A stretch of 64,000 nt of DNA, from positions 76,074,001-76,138,000 of the forward strand of contig OX597821.1 of NCBI GenBank assembly GCA_951406725.2, in the 5' to 3' direction. The stretch is from Octopus vulgaris (Eukaryota). Positions 53,560 to 64,000 of the stretch are shown piece after piece. The notes under the pieces were generated by a model that was given only the letters and a program-made list of their open reading frames with translations, made no database searches and had not been told where the DNA came from. The translations under genes were made by a program, and so were the position numbers. Numbering within the stretch: the stretch's first letter is position 1; each line of letters starts with the position of its first letter.

Positions 53560-55190
53560 AAGTTGAATTACGTAAAATGTCAGAGAAAGAAACCCAGCTG
53601 TTTCTTGCAATAAACACCAGTACATACATCTAAAGTAAACTGTTTTCGGGGGCACTTAGAATACTAATGTGGGTACCCAATTTACTACAGTCTCCATCTT
53701 TGGTGGCACAACTCCCACCACAGATGCTTCGGGACACGCCGGCAGTGTATGACCAACCGCTGGCGATGTCCCATTTTTCTTTTTTTCTTCTTTTTTTTCC
53801 TTTGATCCACGGGAGGGTGGAGTTCCTCCGACTTGTCCAGCAGATCCTCCCTTCCTCCCGCAGCCCTCGCTTCCTTCGGTGGGCAACCATTGTTACCCAC
53901 CTTTCATTTTCTTCCTTTTCTTCCTCCTTCTCTCTCTCCAATGAGGGAGCAGGGAGTGGTACTTTTATTAACTCCTCCAGGACCTTATTTTGGTCCTTGG
54001 GGCAGTTCTTCTTGATATGACTCGGTTCCAGGCACAGGTGACACTTGGGGTGTCCCTCAGGCATCACCGGATACCTACACCCGGCCATCCTTAAAAACTC
54101 TGGAAAAACCAGATTTTCGGTTGATTGGGTCTATAGGGTCAAAACAGCCTTTGACCCCTCCCAATCAGCCGCAGGCAAAATGTTCTACCTTGAGTAGCTT
54201 GGTACTGCTGCCATCCAGACTCCGGCGGATAGTGCCTTCTATCCACTCGGGCTCAATGCCGGGTGGCAAACCGCCTCATCAACTTCTTCCCACAAAATTT
54301 CACTGCCCTCCAGGGGTTGGCTTGCGAATTCGCAAGCTTCCTAGGGGGAGTTAAACAGCAACCACACAGTTGCAAATTTTACACCCCGAGAGATATATTT
54401 AATAGCTGGCATATGACCTGCCAGCTCTTTTTCAATTATGTTTTTCTGGAAGACGGCTATGGTGTCGAGGGACTTGGAGTAAGTCCTCAACCACCGTCTT
54501 CCTTTCAAACTCCTCAATCCATTTTTTGGGAGGTGTCAACTCCCATTCAACAAATTTATTCCTTGCCAAGTGCAAAAAAAAAGTTCCAAATATAGTCCAC
54601 AAAATTTTTAAATAATACAGAAAGAAAAACTAAAAGACTTAACAAAATGGAAGAAAAAAAATAAACAGTTCAATAGTTTTTTTTTTTTCAAATAAACGAC
54701 AGAAGTGAACGAGAGTTCCAACTGCAGCAAAGACAAATATTTTTTCGGCCACACGGTAATCCTGGCCTTCTCAGCTTTTTTCAGTCCTTGTGTAATTCCT
54801 TGTGAAATTCCCTGAAATTGTTTTTCCAAAAAACTTCTACGCAGGCAAATAAACACAGTTCTAGCAAATAATTGAGAATAATTCAACTCTCAATTTTAAA
54901 TTAATTTGGAGGCGAAACACACCTTCAGACTGCAGTTCTCACCGCTAAGTGAGAAAAACACACATCTCTACCACAGGTAGACCAAAACCTCAGAATCCAG
55001 TGAGGACTCCTTGCCTGTACAAAAAATAAATAAACAACGAATCCTCACTACACTCAAAAAGAAAAAAGGTCTTATCTTACAGTAGAGCGTCTTTCAAATA
55101 CAATTTTCGTCAGCTGCACACCAGCGTGGCGACATCAATGGTACAACGAAGAACACTAACGAGCGGAACCGGAAGCGAGCGTCTTACCAC
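53560..55190 (-). mobile_element. decayed 5' part (ORF1, gag-like CCHC knuckle) of an L1/Tx1-like LINE
   Basis: CHLCLEPSHIKKNC (CX2CX4HX4C) followed by E/K-rich and basic stretches (ORF 53630..54088); boundaries approximate. Confidence 0.6.
55078..55118 (-). ncRNA. candidate monomeric type I hammerhead motif
   Basis: TGCAG CTGACGA AAAT tgt ATTT GAAA GA cgc TC TA^CTGTA; all three stems can pair but stem II is weak. Confidence 0.45.
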
Positions 55191-56487
55191 ATAGCCTCGC
55201 CTGTGCATATTTATTTATTTATTCATTTATTACTTATTTAGATTTTCTTAAAATTGCTAATCTCATAATGGCGCATTTCATTCATTTAAGAAATCGCCAG
55301 CATGATACAACCAGTGATATATTGAACTCTTTCAGAAATGAGTCATTTCTTTATAAATGGAAATTAATTACAGCCAGGTAAAACTTCATATGGAATATGT
55401 CATATTTGTTTTTGGTTTCATTTTCTTCATAGAGATTGAGTAGTTTAGCAAGAGAGATAAAAGGGAAACCTTTTAGAGTTTACATACAGGATAACTGTTC
55501 CCAGGGAATTTGCCTTGTTAAACGGCTTACAGTAGCTAATACTTTCGGTTTTAACTATAAACAAAATTCAAAGCTGTTTTTCAATTTATTCTTTGATGTG
55601 TAGACATTTTTCTATTTCTTAATAGTAATCTACCGTCATGGAGTGAAAGAAGCATTTCTTCGTAAGCACAACACTTAAGTGGATTGTCTTGAAGTCATTT
55701 CTTGGTAAGCACAACAATTAAGTAGATTGTTTGGAAGTCATACCCTGAAAACTGTCGTCATCGAAATGGCCCGAGAATATTCCTTGTCCTAAAATGGGAA
55801 AACACAGCAGTTATCGCGTCCAATAGCTGAACCTAGTAACTACAACTTATGAACAGTAAGACAATGCCCCAGCTATCATGGAATTTCAGTATCGTAATCA
55901 GCGAGGAACTGGAAATGGTAGGGTTAATGAATACAAAATTATATTGGCCGCCAGCCACTCTCTACTAGATTTGTGATTCGAGCTTGTAGCAGCGGAGAGC
56001 TCCGCGGCCTCATGAACCCCCATTGTACTACATCCTGGTTGACAGCTTTCCGGGCAGAGATGGCTTTCCACAAGTGTGAGTCCATTGAGTCAGAATGGCT
56101 TTTCCAGCAACTCGACATCTTCCGGGCTAGCACCTTTTCCATTTTGTTCGCCGAAACCATAACACGGGTTTTTTAGTCATAGCTGCTGTGTCTCTTACGA
56201 AGATAAATAAATAGACTATCGGAAACAATAATATTTATAGAGAGGACACAAAATCCTCAGCCATTGGAGTTAAATCTTCACGAGGCTTGCAGTAAAATAT
56301 AAACATATCAGTAATTATATCTTAAAGAAGCATAAGAAGTGGAATTGAAATCGTAAAAGTTCAAGCTTTTTTCAAAATTATATGCAATGTGACTGTCAGA
56401 TTTGCCATCTGGTGTTGAAGGCCGACATCTGTATCAACTGACAATGTCATGATATTGTCAATTTACCATTGCATATTCTGGTTATGT

Positions 56488-56720
56488 GGAGGTGCATGGC
56501 TTAGTGGGTAGGGTGTTGAACTCATGATCGTAAGATTGCCGTTTCGATTCCTGGACCGGGTGATGCGTTGTGTTCTTAAGCAAAACTCTTCATTTTACGT
56601 TGCTTCAGTCCACTCAGCTGCTAAAAATGAGTAGTTTTGCGATAGACTGGCGTCCCATCCAGGAAGGGATATATACACCAGAGAAACCAAAAGACCCGGC
56701 CCTATACTGGTGTGGACTAA
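56488..56720 (+). mobile_element. tRNA-derived SINE, family C
   Basis: ggaggtgcatggcttagtgg (A box), gtttcgattcc (B box); homologous minus-strand copy at about 63690-63878. Confidence 0.8.
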
Positions 56721-57073
56721 CCTTACAGCTTTATAATCGTTTCGTCCTTCAAGGTCTCCTCTCTACAAATAGATTCTGAAGTAGTATAATAAGCAAGCTA
56801 GATTATCATCTGCAAATTACGCCTATGAGTAAGAGTAAGTATATACTTCAATATTACAGACCTTCATGGATTTCGTAAAAAAAAAAAGGTCAGCTTATTC
56901 AGAAACTCCACCTAAGAATTATTGGAATTAGAGTGTCATCCAGAATGTGCTAAAGACTGCCACCCATTACTTCCTCAAAATATTTTACGTATGCTTCTGC
57001 TATATTTTGTTCCGGTTCGCATATATTTTTATATCATGTTTTATTTGCTAGAAAAGTTATGCACACACACACA

Positions 57074-57155
<82 letters not shown>

Positions 57156-57158
<3 letters not shown>

Positions 57159-57531
57159 ATATAAACGGCAGTTTGTCTGTGCGTGTTTCTGTGTGTCTGT
57201 TTGCTTGTACCCTCACCCTGACCACGGCTTTCAACCGATTCTGATGAAACTTGACACACACATAGCCCAATGTCATAATTCAAAACTAACGCAGCGAAAA
57301 TTTTAAAAAGTTCCCCCAGTTCTGAAAAATATCGATAAATTCGACATGGGGTCGAGAATCAGAAACACAAACCACAGACTGTCTAGGGGACGCAACTCGA
57401 CCTTTTTAACTCTCAAAAAAATTTACCATAATTTTTTTTCCATTTTTTTGCTATTTTGGGGCTATAACTCTCTAAAAATGCTTTATAGTTATTTCCCTTA
57501 CAAACCCGAGCAACGCCGGGCGATACTGCTA

Positions 57532-57532
<1 letters not shown>
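57156..57532 (+). mobile_element. non-autonomous Helitron
   Basis: 5' TC, hairpin cccgagcaacgccggg, 3' CTAG, inserted in (AT)n. Confidence 0.85.
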
Positions 57533-57608
<76 letters not shown>

Positions 57609-57642
57609 TACTCAAAATAAGCAACAAGGATATCCAGAGGTA

Positions 57643-57732
57643 ATGCAGTACGCTCGGTTCATGCGACTCCATTTATTTAAACCATGCAAGTATTACATCA
57701 GTTTTAAAATGTAGAGCAATCTTCAGCTGCAT
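57643..57732 (-). ncRNA. degenerate hammerhead motif with long stem II
   Basis: ATGCAG CTGAAGA (about 60 nt) GAA CCGAGCG TA^CTGCAT; 6-bp stem I; A15.1 changed to C. Confidence 0.5.
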
Positions 57733-57743
57733 ATATATGTATA

Positions 57744-57806
<63 letters not shown>

Positions 57807-57864
57807 TACGGAGATTTACTTGCATAGCAAGTGCCCTAATCTGAGTTCATACGCTGAAACGAAA

Positions 57865-58012
57865 ACAATTACAGCGTGGAAGGTGTTTATAAGCCATTTA
57901 AAAACACACACAAAACCGTTAGATTCACTTCAACATTTCAACATTTAAATGTTGAAGTGAATTTAACGGTTTTTATGTGTTCTTATGTGGCTTATGTTTC
58001 ACGCTGCTATTG
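57865..58012. repeat. imperfect palindrome between TA tracts
   Basis: aaaaccgttagattcacttcaacattt / aaatgttgaagtgaatttaacggtttt; outer cagcgtg..ataagcca / tggcttat..cacgctg. Confidence 0.85.
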
Positions 58013-58024
58013 TATATATATATA

Positions 58025-58079
<55 letters not shown>

Positions 58080-58277
58080 CGTAATAAGAAAATGGAGGGG
58101 ATCAAGGGGCGGTATTCATCAACTTTTAGACATTATATTACGTCTATTTATTTATTTAATAAAACATTTTGGCAGTATACATACATGTATAGCATATTAT
58201 GCTTTACATATGCGATATATAAAAAATACCAGTAATTATTAAAATATATAGCGTAAATCACAAAAAATAGGATAATA

Positions 58278-58399
58278 TCTTACAGCTGTTTCAGCCATGA
58301 TGCCAAAGTTCCCCAATATACTTATATCACTTCAGTGAACTGAAGTATTTGCTAGATAAGATTTAGGTACTTGGGCGTGTCTCGGGGCTTCGTCAGAGA
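58278..58399 (-). ncRNA. hammerhead motif with about 90-nt insertion in stem II
   Basis: TCT CTGACGA AGCC ... GGCT GAAA CAGCTG TA^AGA; palindromic ACAGCTGT. Confidence 0.65.
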
Positions 58400-58583
58400 G
58401 TTTAGAAAGTTCATAAGGTTAAGTCATAAATACAAATACATACTCATATACACACTTATACATACGTACATATAAGCATACATAAACACATGTATATATA
58501 TTTTTATATGTGTACATGCTATATCTATGATCCAGCATTGTTTGTTTTCTTTCTCAATTAAGACTATCTCCGGCTTCCTATTC

Positions 58584-58635
<52 letters not shown>

Positions 58636-58644
58636 GTTATTATT

Positions 58645-58995
58645 CAGTAGTTTTATTTTTTTAGCGTGCTTTCACTTCACTACCGAGCACAGCTCTGTGT
58701 GCCTTGGGTATGTGCTGTGATTTGTTTTGATGCTCTGATGGTTATTGTATGGAAAGTGTTCTGCGTAGGATGTGTGCAGTGCCTAGTAGTGCAATTTTCT
58801 GTATGTTATATGTGTTTGTAAGTCCTGGTGTTTTTGTTATGTATTTGTCTGAATATTTTTTCATCATGCCTAATGCACCTACTATGATAGGAATTGTTTC
58901 TGTTTTCAGATTCCACATTCTAGTTACCTCTATTTCCAGGTCTTTGTATTTTGAGAGTTTCTCCATTTCTTTTAGAGACACGTTGTCATCAGCCG
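58645..58995 (-). mobile_element. R4/Dong-like LINE 3' end inserted in (AAT)n
   Basis: EKLSKYKDLEIEVTRMWNLKTETIPIIVGALG...IQKIALLGTAHILRRTL; (ATT)n on both sides. Confidence 0.9.
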
Positions 58996-58996
58996 G

Positions 58997-59059
<63 letters not shown>

Positions 59060-59613
59060 TTATTTGTTACTATTATTTGTTATTATTTTATTAATGTTGT
59101 TACTACTACTGTTCTTACTATCGATGCTTCACTGCCTGGAATCTGTCTCTTTCTCTCTTCTCTGTTTCACCGTATCATATTTGTGTATGTGGGCTTTTGC
59201 AAACGTATGTGAATGCCTATGGATGTGTGGCAGCCTTGATAGCTTTCTTTTCTCTTTCCCATTACACTCCTCTATCACGCTTACTTATCTTCTCGCTTCT
59301 TTCACCCTCTGTAATAATAACCTAATTGTACTTATTGTCAAACTCGTGTCTTTCTCTCTTTTTGAGTTTTCCTTTTTGTCGTATTCCTGCGGATAATACT
59401 GACGAAGTGTGTTGATGCAGTGTGTCGCATAACAGAACCCACAAGTTTACGATTTTGCCGTGGTTGACTTTTTGAAAAGTGTACATTGTATAAAACATAA
59501 AATACCGGTGACATTTTCGGTGTTGCTTTGTGTATGAGTATCTGTGTATGTATGTATCAATAAAATATATGCGTGTATGTATATGTATATTTATAAATAA
59601 AATAAATCATAGA

Positions 59614-60007
59614 AAATGGATTGAAAGACATTCTTTATTTAAAATCACTACAATTGTTTCGACAAAGTTTTACACACGTAGTATATTGGTGAGGTGCTAT
59701 TATTAACATATTGAATAGTCACTATCATCCATCAAATGCGTTTCATCAAGCGATTGTTTAAAATAAGAACTTCGTTCGATGATACTGTCATTTCAGTCAT
59801 ATTGTCATTTCACTCCAGAGTGGAATGATATGATCAAACGAAGATCGTATTTTAAGCAATCACTTGATGAAACGCACTTAACACCTTTTATGGATGATAA
59901 TGGCTACTCAATAAGTTAATTATATCATCCCACCAATGTTCTACCGGTAGAATGAAGTGTAGAAACAATTGTAGTAATTTTTAAATAAAGAATGTCGTCC
60001 AGTCCAT

Positions 60008-60009
<2 letters not shown>
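59614..60009. mobile_element. fold-back element; each arm has a long-stem-II hammerhead-like motif (59643-59755 minus; 59858-59979 plus)
   Basis: Diverged inverted arms of about 170 bp; AATC(A/G)C TTGATGA AACGCA ... GAAA CAATTG TA^GT(G/A)ATT. Confidence 0.75.
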
Positions 60010-60844
<835 letters not shown>

Positions 60845-60883
60845 GTATATGTATATATATGTATATGTATATATATATACACA

Positions 60884-61435
60884 TATAAATAACTTAAAAT
60901 AAGGGCAAGAGAAAAATTCTAATGTCAAATATGCCGAAAAAAAGACAAAATTGTCAATGACCATTATAATTTATGTGTCTCGAAACATGCCGATAGAAAT
61001 TTCTAAAACAGAATTTCCCTCGTCAGCGATTATTTAGGTCTCCTGAGCAGACCTAAGTACCCTATTTTGGATATATTTGGGGTACTTAGGTCTACTCAGG
61101 ACTTAGTGCTTGCTTTTTCCATGGGTATGAGTAAGTATTCCATTTATGTCTTACGTATTAATCGCTGACGAGGGGGAAATTCTTATGAATTAACCCCGAA
61201 ATTGGGACCAATACGGTTATAACGGAATTTTTTAGAAATTTCTATCGGCATGTTTCGAGACGCATAAATTATAATGGTTATTGACAATTTTGTCTTTTTT
61301 CGGCATATTTGGCATTAGAATTTTTATCTTGCCCTTATTTTAAGTTATTTATAAATTTAACCTTTAAAGGTATTTTTTGATATACTGGCCATTGATAAAA
61401 ATTTTTCTTTCGAAAAAAATCTTATCCTACATTAG
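60884..61435 (+). mobile_element. inverted pLTR-like element carrying a hammerhead
   Basis: About 124-bp inverted arms 60884-61007 / 61229-61353; inner hairpin cctgagcagacctaagtaccc / gggtacttaggtctactcagg; antisense half-ribozyme at 61012-61032. Confidence 0.85.
61159..61219 (+). ncRNA. type I hammerhead ribozyme motif, near-canonical
   Basis: TAATCG CTGACGA GGGG gaaattcttatgaattaa CCCC GAA ATTG ggac CAAT A^CGGTTA; predicted cleavage after 61213. Confidence 0.85.
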
Positions 61436-61850
61436 TATATATGTGCGTACATACAATGCTCTTCGCTATCTCGTGCATGGTTGTGTGCCATTTGCTTGTT
61501 AATTATAAAAAGCTCCTAGATTCATCTATTCGTCAATATTTAGGATATTTCCTAGATCTGCTATAGAACTCTTATGGTGGCAAAACTCACAGTATATCAT
61601 TTATTGTAAGGAAATATGGTCTTCTCATCGTACATTGCGTATGGCTTTGTCCTACACTAAAATATATTATGCATTTCCACCAATAATGTAGTTTGGATTT
61701 TCAGATTTTTTTTTGATTTTTTTTTTTGCTCGACTCATGATAAGATTCGGAATATGTAAAAATAAAGATGCAAACTCTGAAACAAAGAATTCCTGTGAAT
61801 TATATATTGTCAGAAATAACAAATGCTGGAAAAATTGACTGATGTTAACT

Positions 61851-61860
61851 TTTATTTATT
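61851..61860 (-). promoter_or_regulatory. candidate polyadenylation signal
   Basis: Overlapping AATAAATAAA about 15 nt after the stop of the 436-aa ORF. Confidence 0.45.
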
Positions 61861-61875
61861 GTAATTTTTCATTTT

Positions 61876-63186
61876 CTATGGCTTAGAATTGAAATCACGA
61901 ATCACTCGTACAGTCACTGCTTGAGAACGACACTTTATTACTCTTTTCCTTCTTCTGAATTCTTCTTCCCTATCAATCCATTCTAAATTCTGCTTCTCTA
62001 TTAATCCAGGTTTTGAACGGCAAATCTGAGATTTATACATACTATTTGACAATATATTGTTTGAATTTCTTAAATAAAACTTATCTATTTTGCAAAATTT
62101 ATACGATTGTTCATTCCCATAGTAAGATTTCTGCGCGCTGGTTTGTCCTCGGTCATGGTCCACTCTTTGAACGTACACCACATTGATGTCTTTAGACTCA
62201 TTTGGTAACTCGATTACTTCGCTTTCTGTTGAAGGCTTGTTCACAAAAACATTGCTGCTTTTTTTCATAAGGGACTCTTTAATAATGCTTGCCATGCTGA
62301 TTACTTCATTTTGACGATCAGAATCAGGCAATTGTTTAAATCTTTTCGGAAAAAGCACTGATAAAAGTTGGCCAAAGGGACGCATGTATCCTTGCCAGCG
62401 GATTTCGGTTAGGTTTCTTCTCCTGAAGAGATCTCTAAAACTTGCGGATTCTTTATCTTGCCCAAGTATATACATAATAATGGTATCTAATATTAGTGGA
62501 ATTACCGACGGTTCTGATATATCTTCAATGAGTTTTTGAAGTACATCATATGCTAATATACTCTGATCATAAGTCATTAACTGACAGCATTCTCGTAATT
62601 TTCCTCGGTCGAATCTGTTCAGTCGTGGAATATTTTTTCTGTCAAATAACCAAGAATAATCAACTTTAGTCCGACGCTTAAATTTGAAATTATTCTTGCT
62701 ATTCCTGCTAACGCATTCTTTAGAATTTTCCCAATTAGCACAGCCCGATTCTTGTATATTATCCAGCTGGTTATATTCTATTTGTGTTTTTGCGGGGAAT
62801 TTGTCGGCAGAAATGATTTCTTTCTGGAACGTTTCGTTTTCACAAGCCAATTCGTTCTTATTACAACTGGAATGCTTTCTCCTTTCTCTCACATTTGTGG
62901 CTCGAACACTGCGTGCATCACACAGATTTTTAGTTTTGTAATAAACAGCAGAATCATTAGTATTCAAGTTATCGCAATAGCTGTAACTGTCAGAGCTGTG
63001 TTCGCTATTTTCATTAGACTCAATTTCATAGCGATGGCTGGCAGTTTCAGTTTTATTTGATAATTCCTCCATTTTCTCTGTGACGAGAAGTATGAACGCG
63101 TTCGCTGCATTGTAATCTTTATCAAATGACCTTTTATAATGCTTTGTATTTCGCTTGGTAAAAAACTTCGTCATGGATTGAAGCAT
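61876..63186 (-). CDS. 436-aa protein with divergent RD3 (retinal degeneration 3)-family domain
   Basis: Long non-repetitive ORF; KVDYSWL...L...DRGKLRECCQLM....SILAYDVLQKLI.....PSVIPLILDTIIMYIL has the motif and spacing of the RD3 helical core (from memory, not a search); upstream CTAAC branch point (63236-63240) and ttttgtttag acceptor (63211-63220). Confidence 0.7.
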   Translation of the reverse strand: MLQSMTKFFTKRNTKHYKRSFDKDYNAANAFILLVTEKMEELSNKTETASHRYEIESNENSEHSSDSYSYCDNLNTNDSAVYYKTKNLCDARSVRATNVRERRKHSSCNKNELACENETFQKEIISADKFPAKTQIEYNQLDNIQESGCANWENSKECVSRNSKNNFKFKRRTKVDYSWLFDRKNIPRLNRFDRGKLRECCQLMTYDQSILAYDVLQKLIEDISEPSVIPLILDTIIMYILGQDKESASFRDLFRRRNLTEIRWQGYMRPFGQLLSVLFPKRFKQLPDSDRQNEVISMASIIKESLMKKSSNVFVNKPSTESEVIELPNESKDINVVYVQRVDHDRGQTSAQKSYYGNEQSYKFCKIDKFYLRNSNNILSNSMYKSQICRSKPGLIEKQNLEWIDREEEFRRRKRVIKCRSQAVTVRVIRDFNSKP

Positions 63187-63689
63187 GTTGCAATCGCCTT
63201 CAAACTTAACCTAAACAAAACAAATGTAAAAATCTGTTAGCAATGAAACAATCTAAACATGAAGAAAACATATACACAGAATGCTATGATAAAGGCTATG
63301 GCTTCAAATGAAATACTGTGTTTCATTTATAAAGTTCTAATTTCAAGTTATTCTGAGATTGGCCTTTCAGTTCATCTCTCCTGAGAAGTTAAAATACAAG
63401 CTGGTGTATGATAAATGCTGTAGACGATCCGATTCATTTCATACATCGTGAAAACATATGAAAGGCTGAGCACGGAAAGCAAGTAGGAAGAACTGTATTA
63501 CAGTTTTTAATTGTTTACTTATTCTTGGTTCAAATCTTACCGAAGCTGGTAAATAGTAGAAATTACTATATTGATTAGATATATTTTTCTATTAAAAACA
63601 AAATGCTTAAAGCGAAATAAATAGGTCTTTCTTTTGTTTCATTAAGTAGCTTCAGTTAGTCTACATTACTCCGTAAGAAGTATAAGGCT

Positions 63690-63878
63690 GGTTTTCCGGT
63701 TTCTCTGGATGGGGCTTCGGTCCATCGCAGGGTTATTATTTACAGCTGAGTAGTCTGGAGCAGAGTGAAATGAAGTGTTTTGCTCAAGAACACAATGCAC
63801 TTCCTGGTCTGGGAATCGTACTCACGATCTAGCAATCGCGAGTGCAACACCTTGACCACTGCTCCACAAGCCTTCACC
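63690..63878 (-). mobile_element. SINE family C copy
   Basis: Reverse complement of 56488-56690 (tgttcttgagcaaaacacttcatttcac...ctcagctg). Confidence 0.75.
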
Positions 63879-64000
63879 TAAGTAGCTTTATTGAAGGACA
63901 TTTGGAATTTTTTTTAGCAGTTTTAATGAGGAAATGCTCCAATACTAAAATGGTCCAAGTATGCACTTTAAAAAATATACTGTGGTTTTTAGCCATTTTT

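Noticed and set aside
55939-56176. GC-richer short ORFs on both strands
   Set aside because: No recognisable domain; probably a transposon fragment, cannot be assigned

Overview
AT-rich, microsatellite-saturated animal DNA. Its SINE repertoire looks like an octopus (coleoid cephalopod) genome; this is an inference from repeat recognition, not a database match. Nearly all ORFs in the track are microsatellite artefacts. Supported coding features: (i) a near-complete Neptune-type Penelope-like retroelement (RT + Cys-rich linker + C-terminal GIY-YIG; minus strand, about 34305-37897), and (ii) a 436-aa intronless ORF (61876-63186, minus) carrying a divergent RD3-family VDYSWL module. The rest is tRNA-derived SINEs, decayed R4/Dong-like, CR1, Tx1/L1-like and Penelope-like LINE fragments, mariner fragments and MITEs, Helitron/Helentron-like elements and a piggyBac-type MITE. 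The strongest hidden signal is about 17 minimal type I hammerhead-ribozyme (HHR) motifs from roughly 10 sequence-unrelated repeat families. Most sit in small inverted-repeat (pseudo-LTR-like) non-autonomous elements inserted into (TA)n tracts. Most families have a different but palindromic helix III, and some have core variants (U3-A8, U6, U3) or stem II insertions of 60-100 nt. One family, present twice with candidate target-site duplications, joins a tRNA-like Pol III head, an (AAT)n spacer and an HHR-bearing tail, with an inverted copy of the tail upstream. It looks like a Penelope-mobilised, ribozyme-tailed SINE. All structures were folded by eye and none has been tested for activity.
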